DNA of 64,000 bases. Origin: Bacteroidota bacterium. Lineage in GTDB: Bacteria; Bacteroidota; Bacteroidia; AKYH767-A; OLB10. Below the pieces are notes generated by a model. The model searched no databases and was not told the origin of the DNA. It saw only the letters and a list, made by a program, of their open reading frames with translations. Within the stretch, counting starts at the first letter, position 1; every line of letters begins with the position of its first letter. The stretch is taken from assembly GCA_031409815.1 (NCBI GenBank), contig JANNXV010000011.1, forward strand, positions 7,148 through 71,147. Reading direction: 5' to 3'. Of the stretch, positions 36,391-45,236 are shown piece by piece. The translations under genes and the position numbers were made by a program.

Positions 36391-37299
36391 ATGGAAAAAC
36401 GCGAATTGAGCGAACAATTACAACTGGGTAATCGCAAGGCTTTAGCACGATGCATTTCGTTGGTCGAAAATGAAGCGGAAGGTTATCATGATTTGCTTTC
36501 ATCACTTAATATCAATCGATCTATTCCATTAATTGGAGTTACCGGACCTCCCGGAGCCGGCAAAAGCACATTGCTGAATGCTGTCATCAAAACATTGTTG
36601 AATCAAAATGCAATACTGCAAATTGCAGTACTTGCGGTTGACCCCACATCGCCATTTACAAAAGGTTCGTTGCTTGGTGATAGGTTACGCATGTCGGAAC
36701 ATTTTAATGATGAGCGGGTTTATATACGATCGCTTGCCACACGCGGTGCTTTAGGCGGACTGGCAGCAAAAACAGTTGAGATAACCGATGTGCTGCGTGC
36801 CGCAAAATTCGATTACATTTTTGTGGAGACTGTGGGTGTTGGGCAATCAGAAGTGGAGATTGCCTCTTTGGCTGATACAACAATGGTGATTTTGGTTCCC
36901 GAAGCAGGTGATGATATACAGGCACTTAAATCAGGCATTATGGAAATTGCCGACATTTTTGTGATCAATAAATCGGACCGTGAAGGTGCAAACCACATGA
37001 TGAAAAACATAACAGCTGCCTTGCACGAAAAACCTGTAAGCAATTGGCAGGTGCCTGTTTTAAAAACAGTAGCCAATAGAGGAGAAGGCATGGCTGAGCT
37101 GATTGATAAAATAATTTCGCATCAAAAAAACAGGCAACCCGAAACCCTTATTGCAATGATGGCAGAACATGCTTATCGCATCATTCAAAATCAGCGAATG
37201 CAAAACATCAGTATTAAAAAATTGGGCGCAGAGTTAAATATTGAAATAGAAAAGAAAAATTTTAATATTTATCATTTCACAAAAAAATATTATCAATAG
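36391..37299 (+). CDS. meaB: methylmalonyl-CoA mutase-associated GTPase MeaB (ArgK)
   Basis: 302 aa with a P-loop (GVTGPPGAGKST) and G-protein motifs (ETVGVGQSE, NKSD). Confidence 0.85.
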   Translation: MEKRELSEQLQLGNRKALARCISLVENEAEGYHDLLSSLNINRSIPLIGVTGPPGAGKSTLLNAVIKTLLNQNAILQIAVLAVDPTSPFTKGSLLGDRLRMSEHFNDERVYIRSLATRGALGGLAAKTVEITDVLRAAKFDYIFVETVGVGQSEVEIASLADTTMVILVPEAGDDIQALKSGIMEIADIFVINKSDREGANHMMKNITAALHEKPVSNWQVPVLKTVANRGEGMAELIDKIISHQKNRQPETLIAMMAEHAYRIIQNQRMQNISIKKLGAELNIEIEKKNFNIYHFTKKYYQ

Positions 37300-37307
37300 T
37301 AATGGCT

Positions 37308-37334
37308 GTCATGCTGAGACAAGTTCAGTATGAC
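37308..37334. repeat. hairpin GTCATGCTGA-gacaagt-TCAGTATGAC (same GTCATGCTGA family) between convergent meaB and TPR gene
   Basis: 10-bp stem with one G-U pair. It shares the GTCATGCTGAG core with the hairpins at 14193 and 15591. Confidence 0.55.
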
Positions 37335-37350
37335 GCAAAGTAACCTTTGT

Positions 37351-37836
37351 CTACATTCTTTTTTTCATCAAGCATCTTTCAGTTGCTTTTTGATATTTCA
37401 AAATATCATCATCGTCTAAAGAATGCATAATGGCTTTTTGAAAATTTTCCAATGCATCATCAAATTGTTGCTGGCGTTCGTGCATCAATCCAAAAAGATG
37501 GTAGGCTTTGTCTTTATCAATACCGGATGTTTCCAAACCTTTATTGAGCACTGCCACTTGTTCTGCATACCTTTCCTGCGAAAGCAACAATTCTGCATAA
37601 TTTAAATAAGTAGCGCTGTAGGCCGGAGTCAATGTCATTGCCTGTTTAAAATAGGTTTCAGCTATTGCATGATCTTCGAACGAAATAAGGTAAATAATGC
37701 CGAGCAATGAATGCGCTTTACCGAAATCGGGATAGCGCGCAATGAGATCGTAGAGCAAGCTGGCAGCAATACCTGCTTGCCCACCATCCGCTTTTGTACG
37801 GGCTTCAAAAAAAAGTTTTTCGGCTTCTATACTCAT
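37351..37836 (-). CDS. TPR repeat protein
   Basis: 161 aa. Multiple 34-aa TPR-like A/Y-rich helices are present. Confidence 0.6.
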   Translation of the reverse strand: MSIEAEKLFFEARTKADGGQAGIAASLLYDLIARYPDFGKAHSLLGIIYLISFEDHAIAETYFKQAMTLTPAYSATYLNYAELLLSQERYAEQVAVLNKGLETSGIDKDKAYHLFGLMHERQQQFDDALENFQKAIMHSLDDDDILKYQKATERCLMKKRM

Positions 37837-37935
37837 TTAAATCAATGAACCACACTTCAGTAACGGTGCAATATACAGTTTGAGCAATTTAATAATTATA
37901 AATAAGGGCGAAAGGTCAAAATTTTTAAGCGAAAA

Positions 37936-39510
37936 TCAATTCTTCATTTCAGGGTATTTGCTGTTTTGTGTGAAAAAAAACACGTTAAGAAAAGCAAAGA
38001 AGGTAACTCCAGCCTGTGTTTCAAGCGTATCTTCCGTTAACATGGAGAGCAATGCAATGAGTAAAAACGAGCTGTAGAGGAAGCTAGGTTTTTTAAGCGA
38101 AAGGATTGGAAAAAAAAGGCTAAAAATAAAATAAATGCCCCCGCAAATACCAAAAGTAACAGCCAAACTTAAATATTGATTGTGAGATTTGAATCGGTTT
38201 CCTTTATCCAACTTTGAATCGGTTTCATCATAAGCAACATCAAATGCCTTTTGCACATCGCCCGTTCCAACGCCAATCAATGGATGTTTGGAGATAATAT
38301 AGACTGCAGTTTTCCAAAACTCAAATCGCTGTACTACCGAGTGTCCGGATGGATTTCCATTGTAATAATACTGGCGATATTCCCAGGCTAGCTGATGCAT
38401 TCTTGAACCCACATCACTCAAGTTTTGATCCTTAGCATTGGCAATTCCTGTTTCAATGGCACGAACTTCGGTATTGCTTAATTGATTAACTCCGGCTGCA
38501 TCGCGTGTAAGATTTTTAGACGCCAGAAAACGAATCAACGTATGATTAATATACTGACCCATTTCATCTTTACCAGAGTATAAAAACCGGCTGCGCTTAT
38601 TCCAGGCGCTGTCTAATTCTTTTTCACACACATAAACCCAAACCAAATTACCGTTTTCGATATCATGCTTACTCGCATCGTGAACATAAGTATTTCCTAA
38701 TGCCGTTTTTTGTGGTAGCTGTTGGTAGTTGATAGTTACTTGTTTGATGGAGTCAACAAAAACGAATTGATAAAATTTAGTGGCACCAATAAATAACATT
38801 GCTGTAATCACTACAAAACCAATAACGCCAATCAATCTCGATTGTTTAAACAGATAATGGTACAGCATAAGTGTAGCCAAACACATTAATACCGAAAGGC
38901 CGGTGAGTGATTCCAACAAAATAAGAAAGCTGATTAAATAGATAATGATTAGTATTAAGAGGATTCTGATTTTAGCTGAAGTATATATCCTGAAAAAATA
39001 AATGCAACACGTAACAGCCACACAAACCAATAAAGCAAGCCTGATGTGAGAAATAAAAATGGAGATGTCGCGAATATCATGCAGTTCTTTGTGAATCAAT
39101 CCTGCATAGACAGCAATGCTGATGATTGAAGAGGTGATTACAGCTGCAATAAATATTTTGAGTACCCAATCAAAATATTTTTTTTCTAATGGATCGGACG
39201 AAATAAATAGCAGGGGCAGCAGCAGGAGTGGTAATTTGATTCTCAAATCACGAAAAGCATAATCGTAATCAGTAGTATAAATTAATCCCAACAGGTGCAT
39301 TAAATAAACACCGGCAAGCACCCAAAAAACAGGGCTGCGAAAAACAGGTTTTAATTTAACAACAATATTTCCGTCTAAAAGCCATGCGCCTAACAAAACA
39401 AATTGCGCGATGCTCATTAAAAACATGGAAAGCGGAAGCCCGATGACCAATAAAAAAATTCCCGACAAATAGATCTGCCGGGAATATTTATTGGTTGAGA
39501 ATAAATTCAT
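37936..39510 (-). CDS. O-antigen ligase/polymerase family membrane protein (Wzy_C-like)
   Basis: 524 aa with ~10 TM helices. The C-terminal block GHSVVQRFEFWKTA...IGVGTGD...HNQYL is typical of the O-antigen ligase domain. Confidence 0.6.
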   Translation of the reverse strand: MNLFSTNKYSRQIYLSGIFLLVIGLPLSMFLMSIAQFVLLGAWLLDGNIVVKLKPVFRSPVFWVLAGVYLMHLLGLIYTTDYDYAFRDLRIKLPLLLLPLLFISSDPLEKKYFDWVLKIFIAAVITSSIISIAVYAGLIHKELHDIRDISIFISHIRLALLVCVAVTCCIYFFRIYTSAKIRILLILIIIYLISFLILLESLTGLSVLMCLATLMLYHYLFKQSRLIGVIGFVVITAMLFIGATKFYQFVFVDSIKQVTINYQQLPQKTALGNTYVHDASKHDIENGNLVWVYVCEKELDSAWNKRSRFLYSGKDEMGQYINHTLIRFLASKNLTRDAAGVNQLSNTEVRAIETGIANAKDQNLSDVGSRMHQLAWEYRQYYYNGNPSGHSVVQRFEFWKTAVYIISKHPLIGVGTGDVQKAFDVAYDETDSKLDKGNRFKSHNQYLSLAVTFGICGGIYFIFSLFFPILSLKKPSFLYSSFLLIALLSMLTEDTLETQAGVTFFAFLNVFFFTQNSKYPEMKN

Positions 39511-39544
39511 TATTTAATTAAATAATTCAATACGATATAGCGTA

Positions 39545-41212
39545 TCAGTTTTTATAAGTCCGATTCTTAATGGCCGAAAAAACAGCAGGATCCTTTAGCG
39601 CTTTTAAGCCCAACAAAATATCCGGATCATAATCAAAACCATTTTCTATGCGGCCATTCTGATAATAATAACGGCTCACAATTTCGTTTTCTAACAGTTC
39701 TTTGATTTCTTTTTTGTGCGTTTTTAAATCAGCTGTTTTATCATGCAACAGTTTTTTGTGCAGGTCATCGTAATCTGCTTTAATAGCGTCAAAATATTTT
39801 TCCTTCTCGGCATCTTCTTTGAGTTCAATTAATTTTTTCTCGCTTTCGGTTATGTAGTCATAATCTTTGTTGCTCAAAAAACTTACAAAATCTTCGTAGC
39901 CAGCATCGTCCAATCTAAAAGATTTTGCGGGTGCAATGGTCGGATGCTTTTGACGATAAATGGTGGCATAATCAAAAATCAAATATTTACCCACCAGACT
40001 TTGTGAAACACTGCTGAAGCTCAGTTGTTCAGTTGCAATATCAGGTGTAATGCCTCCACCATCAAATACTTTTCGGCCGCCCTTGGTTTTAAATTCATTG
40101 ATTAATGAATCAGGTACTTTGCCTACACTGCCATCTGCATTACGATGTGTGTAATCCAATGCTTGTATGCAACGTCCGCTTGGGATATAATATTTAGCAG
40201 TGGTTACTTTTAGTTGCGTGTTGTAAGAAAGCGGGCGTGTGGTTTGCACCAATCCTTTTCCAAAAGTGCGTTGACCAATAACAATTCCCCGATCTAAATC
40301 CTGTAAACTACCCGAAACAATTTCGGAAGCAGAGGCAGAACCGCTGTTTACCAAAATCGCTAATGGAACTTGTGTGTCCACTGAATTGTTTAACGCTTTA
40401 TAAACTTTATCCCACTCCTTTACTTTACCTCGTGTACTCACCACTTCCTGTCCACGGTCAATAAAAACGTTTACAATATTTACTGCTTCGTTCAATAGTC
40501 CTCCCGGATTGCCACGCAAATCCAGTATGACACCTTCCAGTTTATTTTTTGTTTTTAAAGCAGTCAATGCTTCTTTTACTTCCGCACCTGCATCATCCGT
40601 AAAGCTGCTCAACCGAATGTAACCGGTATGCTCGTCCAACATTCCGTAAAAAGGAACATTTTTGATTTGAATCTCTTCACGCATAATGGTTTTAGTAATC
40701 GGGTTGGCTTCACCCGGACGTTGTATAACAACCGTGAGAGAAGTATTTGGTTGCCCTTTCAACATCTTGCTCACTTCGTCCGATCGTTTTCCAATCGCTT
40801 TCTGTCCGTTTATTTCTTTAATAATATCACCGGCCATTATGCCTGCCTTCTGTGCAGGAAATCCTTCATAAGGATCGGTAATAATTACGCTATCGCCACG
40901 CTGACCAATCAAAGCACCCACACCTCCATACTGACCGGTGGTCATAAAACGATAATCGTCAATTTCTGACTCAGGGATAAACTGTGTGTAGGGATCCAGA
41001 TTTTCGAGCATAGAATCAATTCCTTTGCGCACCAAATCTTCGGGGTCGGTTTTATCTACATAATAAATATTTAATTCGCGAAACAGCGTAGTAAATATGT
41101 CGATGTTGCGCGATATTTCAAAGTACTCATCACTTGCGGTGAAAGACCATATTCCAATGGAAGCCACCAATGTGACAACCAACAATTTAATTTTTATTGA
41201 AATTTTTTTCAT
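39545..41212 (-). CDS. ctpA: carboxy-terminal processing protease (peptidase S41)
   Basis: 555 aa with a signal peptide, a PDZ domain, and S41 catalytic blocks (LDLRGNPGGLL; Ser/Lys dyad region). Confidence 0.85.
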   Translation of the reverse strand: MKKISIKIKLLVVTLVASIGIWSFTASDEYFEISRNIDIFTTLFRELNIYYVDKTDPEDLVRKGIDSMLENLDPYTQFIPESEIDDYRFMTTGQYGGVGALIGQRGDSVIITDPYEGFPAQKAGIMAGDIIKEINGQKAIGKRSDEVSKMLKGQPNTSLTVVIQRPGEANPITKTIMREEIQIKNVPFYGMLDEHTGYIRLSSFTDDAGAEVKEALTALKTKNKLEGVILDLRGNPGGLLNEAVNIVNVFIDRGQEVVSTRGKVKEWDKVYKALNNSVDTQVPLAILVNSGSASASEIVSGSLQDLDRGIVIGQRTFGKGLVQTTRPLSYNTQLKVTTAKYYIPSGRCIQALDYTHRNADGSVGKVPDSLINEFKTKGGRKVFDGGGITPDIATEQLSFSSVSQSLVGKYLIFDYATIYRQKHPTIAPAKSFRLDDAGYEDFVSFLSNKDYDYITESEKKLIELKEDAEKEKYFDAIKADYDDLHKKLLHDKTADLKTHKKEIKELLENEIVSRYYYQNGRIENGFDYDPDILLGLKALKDPAVFSAIKNRTYKN

Positions 41213-41220
41213 TTTTTTGA

Positions 41221-41257
41221 ATTCGTAATATTCGTAACTGATTCGTTAATTCGTAAC
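41221..41257. promoter_or_regulatory. four roughly helically phased copies of ATTCGTAA immediately upstream of ctpA
   Basis: The sequence is aATTCGTAAtATTCGTAActgATTCGTtAATTCGTAAcc. Copies start at 41222, 41231, 41242 and 41250. They lie between the yidD stop and the ctpA start on the minus strand. Confidence 0.35.
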
Positions 41258-41262
41258 CGAAA

Positions 41263-41484
41263 CTATGGAACAGGATCATAACCATGTCCACCCCAGGGGT
41301 TGCACGACAAGAAACGTTTTAAGGTGAGCCACAAACCCTTTGCCGGGCCATGCTTGCGCAATGCTTCCATGCCATATTCTGCACAAGTAGGAGTGTATCG
41401 GCAGGCATTAGGCAGATAAGGCGATATGGCGTATTTGTAAAACCGTACCAATGCAATTAATAAATTATTCAGTAGCCTGCTCAT
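41263..41484 (-). CDS. yidD: membrane protein insertion efficiency factor YidD
   Basis: 73 aa. [22 protein letters not shown] is the canonical YidD motif. Confidence 0.9.
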   Translation of the reverse strand: MSRLLNNLLIALVRFYKYAISPYLPNACRYTPTCAEYGMEALRKHGPAKGLWLTLKRFLSCNPWGGHGYDPVP

Positions 41485-41911
41485 GGAAGTTAATTAAACG
41501 TTGTAAAAGTAAAATTATTTTCTCTTGTGTTTCTGAGTAAGAGATGAGGTCGTTTCCATTGTACATAAACATCATTGCCAAACCAATTTGCTTTTTATTG
41601 CAGCACTCTAACAAAGTATTTTTATTTAATCGATAACTCTCGCGCATCAACCTTTTTATTCGGTTGCGTTTTACGGCAGATTTAATTCTGCGGCTCGAAA
41701 CGGCAAAAGACACTTTAACCGGAAAGTTATTTTCAGGCAGTATTTTAATCCACAAAAGTTTAAAGGGAAATTTGTTGAGACTATTACTATCAGCAAAAAG
41801 CTGTTCAATCAGCTTAAGGCTTTTTAGCTTTTCAGATTTTGGGAATGAAAAGGAGCGTTCCAATGCATGTAAATTAAAATTATTTACTATTCTTTTTGAG
41901 ATAATTCTCAA
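41465..41911 (-). CDS. rnpA: ribonuclease P protein component
   Basis: The RnpA signature FPKSEKLKS...LIEQLF and the basic RNR motif ([20 protein letters not shown]) are present. The annotated ORF start overlaps hemD by 32 nt, so the true start may lie downstream. Confidence 0.75.
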   Translation of the reverse strand: MRIISKRIVNNFNLHALERSFSFPKSEKLKSLKLIEQLFADSNSLNKFPFKLLWIKILPENNFPVKVSFAVSSRRIKSAVKRNRIKRLMRESYRLNKNTLLECCNKKQIGLAMMFMYNGNDLISYSETQEKIILLLQRLINFHEQATE

Positions 41912-42623
41912 TGGACATGGTCATTGATGGAGCTTCAGGTACCGGAGCCTGAATATCCAAACGCAGTCCGGCTTCAAGCACTGCTTGTGAAGTGGTTTGT
42001 CCAAAAGCAGCAATCAAAGTAGTGTTCTGTTTAAAGTCAGGAAAATTTTTGAAAAGAGAAGTGATGCCCGCAGGGCTGAAGAAAACCAGCATATCGTATT
42101 TCACATCAGCCAAGTCGCTTAAATCGCTGGCTACTGTTTTATAGATGGTTGCTTTTGTAAAATTAAAATTGTTTGCAGTAAGCGCATCAGCAATTTCTTG
42201 TTTAGCAATATCAGAACAAGGAAGCAAAAACTTTTCCTTTTTATGCTTCTTCATCACATCCATCAAATCTTTGATGTTTTGCTTGCCATAAAATATTTTA
42301 CGCTTACGATAGGTAATGTACTTCTGTAAATAAAATGCGGTAGACTCAGATATACAGAAATATTTTATTTCCTCAATATTGGTTATGCGCATCTCTGTAC
42401 ACATTCTAAAAAAGTGATCAGCAGCATGTCGGCTAGTAAGAATTACGGCATTGTGTTCAGCCATATTCACCCTTTCTTTTCTAAAAACTCCGGCCGGAAT
42501 TCCTTCAATATGTATAAAAGCCCTGAAATCAATTTTCAGGTTATACTTCTTTGAAAGGTCGGTGTAAGGAGATTTTTCGGACTCAGGTTTTGCCTGAGTA
42601 ATGAGTATCGTTTTTACTTTCAA
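41880..42623 (-). CDS. hemD: uroporphyrinogen-III synthase
   Basis: 247 aa. The HemD fold is indicated by a conserved TS..A block (VILTSRHAADHF) and two half-domains. Confidence 0.65.
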   Translation of the reverse strand: MKVKTILITQAKPESEKSPYTDLSKKYNLKIDFRAFIHIEGIPAGVFRKERVNMAEHNAVILTSRHAADHFFRMCTEMRITNIEEIKYFCISESTAFYLQKYITYRKRKIFYGKQNIKDLMDVMKKHKKEKFLLPCSDIAKQEIADALTANNFNFTKATIYKTVASDLSDLADVKYDMLVFFSPAGITSLFKNFPDFKQNTTLIAAFGQTTSQAVLEAGLRLDIQAPVPEAPSMTMSIENYLKKNSK

Positions 42624-42665
42624 AGGGCTGCTGTGTTTAAAATGGTAATCTTCAAAACACCCCTT

Positions 42666-43511
42666 TTACAATGTCACCAGTTTGTAAATGATTAACAGAG
42701 GGGCTATTTCGAAGCTGCAAATGTATAAAAACAAATAAAAGAGTGAGAAACGCTGAATGGTTAACCCAATGCCAACTGCCCGTATGAGACGATAAACAAG
42801 CAAAGCGGCTAAAACCAAAACAGTGGTAATTACTATTCCATACCGAAATTCGGCCGGCAGATAAGCAATAAGTATAATGGCCGGAAAGAGTAATAGACCA
42901 ATTACCATGTTGACCAGAAACACATTGAAAATATAAGTGGCTGCAGGTTTTTCAACTTTAAAAACTACGCTGAGAAAGCGAAGAAAAATCATTTTAATGG
43001 AATAAGCTAATGCAATAAGGAGTGCAAACAAAATAAAACGGTTAAACCCTCCTGGCAATAGCGGATGGTTCCAGTTCATTACCATGCTTACCTGATAAAC
43101 AAATAATCCCGAAACAAAATAAGCAATAATTGAGAGTATCAATGAAGCGCGTTGCAACAAAACGCTTTCATCTCTCACTATTTGATTGGTGGTGGTAAGG
43201 CTAAAAAAAGCATTCCACAATTGGGAAAAAATGCGAATAAAAAACACTTTAAACCAAGTGAGTAGCACAATCAACCCTAGCAGTACGATGGTAAACCAGT
43301 CTAATGTAAAAACATTGAAAGGCTCTGCCCTTCCGGAATGAGGCTTGAGTAAATGTTCGGTAAATAATTCGATACGTTGAGGAGCAATCACCACTTCTTC
43401 GGTGGTATCCTGGCTTTCCACATCATTAAACCGAAATGGTTTTGAGGAAGTATGAACAACACTATCAGATATAATGTTTTGTGTTTGCTGAGCTGCTGCA
43501 CTTTGTAACAT
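42666..43511 (-). CDS. multi-pass membrane protein (DUF4271-like, commonly downstream of hemD in Bacteroidetes)
   Basis: 281 aa with ~6 TM helices. The position after hemD matches the usual DUF4271 context as remembered. Not verified. Confidence 0.4.
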   Translation of the reverse strand: MLQSAAAQQTQNIISDSVVHTSSKPFRFNDVESQDTTEEVVIAPQRIELFTEHLLKPHSGRAEPFNVFTLDWFTIVLLGLIVLLTWFKVFFIRIFSQLWNAFFSLTTTNQIVRDESVLLQRASLILSIIAYFVSGLFVYQVSMVMNWNHPLLPGGFNRFILFALLIALAYSIKMIFLRFLSVVFKVEKPAATYIFNVFLVNMVIGLLLFPAIILIAYLPAEFRYGIVITTVLVLAALLVYRLIRAVGIGLTIQRFSLFYLFLYICSFEIAPLLIIYKLVTL

Positions 43512-43550
43512 TCGTATTGCTTTTTAAAAATTGCTTATCAAAAATGGAAG

Positions 43551-44468
43551 TTAAAGTGAGAAGTTTCTGGAAATGTTAAAGCTAAATCGAAAGCCACCTT
43601 TTGACCAGGTTTCGGTGGTGAACGGAATAAATTCGCTTTCGATAATACCGGCAGAATTAGTGAACATAATGCTGAATACATGGCCACCAGTTTCGATTTC
43701 GATGCCAGCTCCCAGCGGATTGTAATAGCCAAAATCATTGTCTGGTTTTCTTAATGCTGAAAAATTATAAACATAATCGGCAATAAAAGCCAATCCACGG
43801 GTAATCTTAACTCTACCTGCAGCACCCAGTGCAAAAATGCCGTTGTCATCTTCCGGATTTAAAACAAAATTGCGATGAATATAAGTAGGCACTAATTCAA
43901 ATGAAAATGCGGATGAAAATTTTCTGGCAAGTATAATTTGTGAAACATAAGATATACGCCTGATCTGCTCCCTGGCTTTTGCATTTTCTTCGCCATCTAC
44001 CGAATAAATACCATTTGGATCTGATTTGGGAGTGTAAATCATACTACCAAAAAGCGTAATTGATAAAGGGATTTTATTGTCGGTAGTTTGTTGAATCAAA
44101 CGGTATTTCAACAAACCTTCCAGGTTTTCTTCGCGCTTCGATCGTGAAAACCCTACAGTTAAATCATCAGTAATCCCGTATTCGAATGCAATTCTAATAT
44201 CAGACGAAACATCAAAGCCATACAAGTTATGAGAGTTGCCTCCACTGTTTTTACCCATTGATCCAAACCGATGTCCTATTCTCACATCAAGTGTTCGTTT
44301 ATGAACCGTTTCGTTGCTTTGTAAATTAATGATGCGTGTTGTTTTAAAGGTGGCTTCTACTTTTTGTTTGGGTGGAGGAGCCTCATTTAATAGTTTGCTG
44401 ATATCGTCTTGTGCGAAAGCATTACTACCGATGAGTATGGATAATACGAGCGTAAAAGTTTTCTTCAT
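43551..44468 (-). CDS. hypothetical secreted/outer-membrane protein
   Basis: 305 aa with a signal peptide. Alternating hydrophobic patterning suggests a beta-barrel. No recognisable catalytic motif. Confidence 0.35.
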   Translation of the reverse strand: MKKTFTLVLSILIGSNAFAQDDISKLLNEAPPPKQKVEATFKTTRIINLQSNETVHKRTLDVRIGHRFGSMGKNSGGNSHNLYGFDVSSDIRIAFEYGITDDLTVGFSRSKREENLEGLLKYRLIQQTTDNKIPLSITLFGSMIYTPKSDPNGIYSVDGEENAKAREQIRRISYVSQIILARKFSSAFSFELVPTYIHRNFVLNPEDDNGIFALGAAGRVKITRGLAFIADYVYNFSALRKPDNDFGYYNPLGAGIEIETGGHVFSIMFTNSAGIIESEFIPFTTETWSKGGFRFSFNISRNFSL

Positions 44469-44474
44469 AAAATA

Positions 44475-45032
44475 TTATTTTTCTTTTTTATAAGGGCTGT
44501 AATCAGCATTGACTTTAACTTCAATTACTTCAGCTATATTGGTATTAACAATTTTTGGAATAGTTATTTTATGATCTTTCACACTTACTTTAAATTCAGA
44601 AATGATATTAATTTTTCCCTCTTTAATAGTTGCCTTTCCTTTTTCGGTGTGTTCCTTGTCAACTCCATGTATCGAAAAAATTCCGATGGCGGTAATATCA
44701 TAGCTGCCATCTTTGGTCCAATCGATGGTTTCGTTCACTTTACCTTTAAAGGTTGCATTAGGATATTTATCACTCTCAATATATTTTTCGTTGAAGTGTT
44801 CTCTCATCAGCGCTTTTTTAAATTGAAATGTGGTGATGGGAACATTAAATGCAATTTCATTAGTAGTAATGTTTAATACCGATGTCATACTTTGCGAGTT
44901 AGCAATAATATCTTCGATGGGTGTGTAAGAATAAAAAGATGCTTTAGCTCCCTGCGCAAGAAAAATAGGTTGACTTAAAACTTGATTACTGTTGCAAATA
45001 ATCAAAATAAAGAAAAGTAATGATGATTTCAT
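44475..45032 (-). CDS. YceI-like periplasmic polyisoprenoid-binding protein
   Basis: 185 aa with a signal peptide. It has the YceI-type beta-barrel signature IHGVDKEHTEKGKATI. Confidence 0.7.
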   Translation of the reverse strand: MKSSLLFFILIICNSNQVLSQPIFLAQGAKASFYSYTPIEDIIANSQSMTSVLNITTNEIAFNVPITTFQFKKALMREHFNEKYIESDKYPNATFKGKVNETIDWTKDGSYDITAIGIFSIHGVDKEHTEKGKATIKEGKINIISEFKVSVKDHKITIPKIVNTNIAEVIEVKVNADYSPYKKEK

Positions 45033-45236
45033 ATAATTTGTTTTTTATTGCTTCAACAAAAGTATCACATCTAATGTAACCGATGAGCGCAGGTAGTTTA
45101 TTTGTTAAAGCAAATAACTAATCAAAATTTTATTTTTAAAAAGATGAATAGAGTTATTTTTTTGCAAAACAAATTTTATTGCTAACTGAAAGCAGTAACT
45201 AAAAATTTCACAGTAGATTCGCTGACTCTCTTACTT

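Noticed and set aside
41880-41911. 32-nt overlap between rnpA start and hemD end interpreted as a gene fusion or frameshift
   Set aside because: More likely the rnpA start is downstream of the first in-frame Met or uses a non-ATG start. Both reading frames are intact and conserved-looking.
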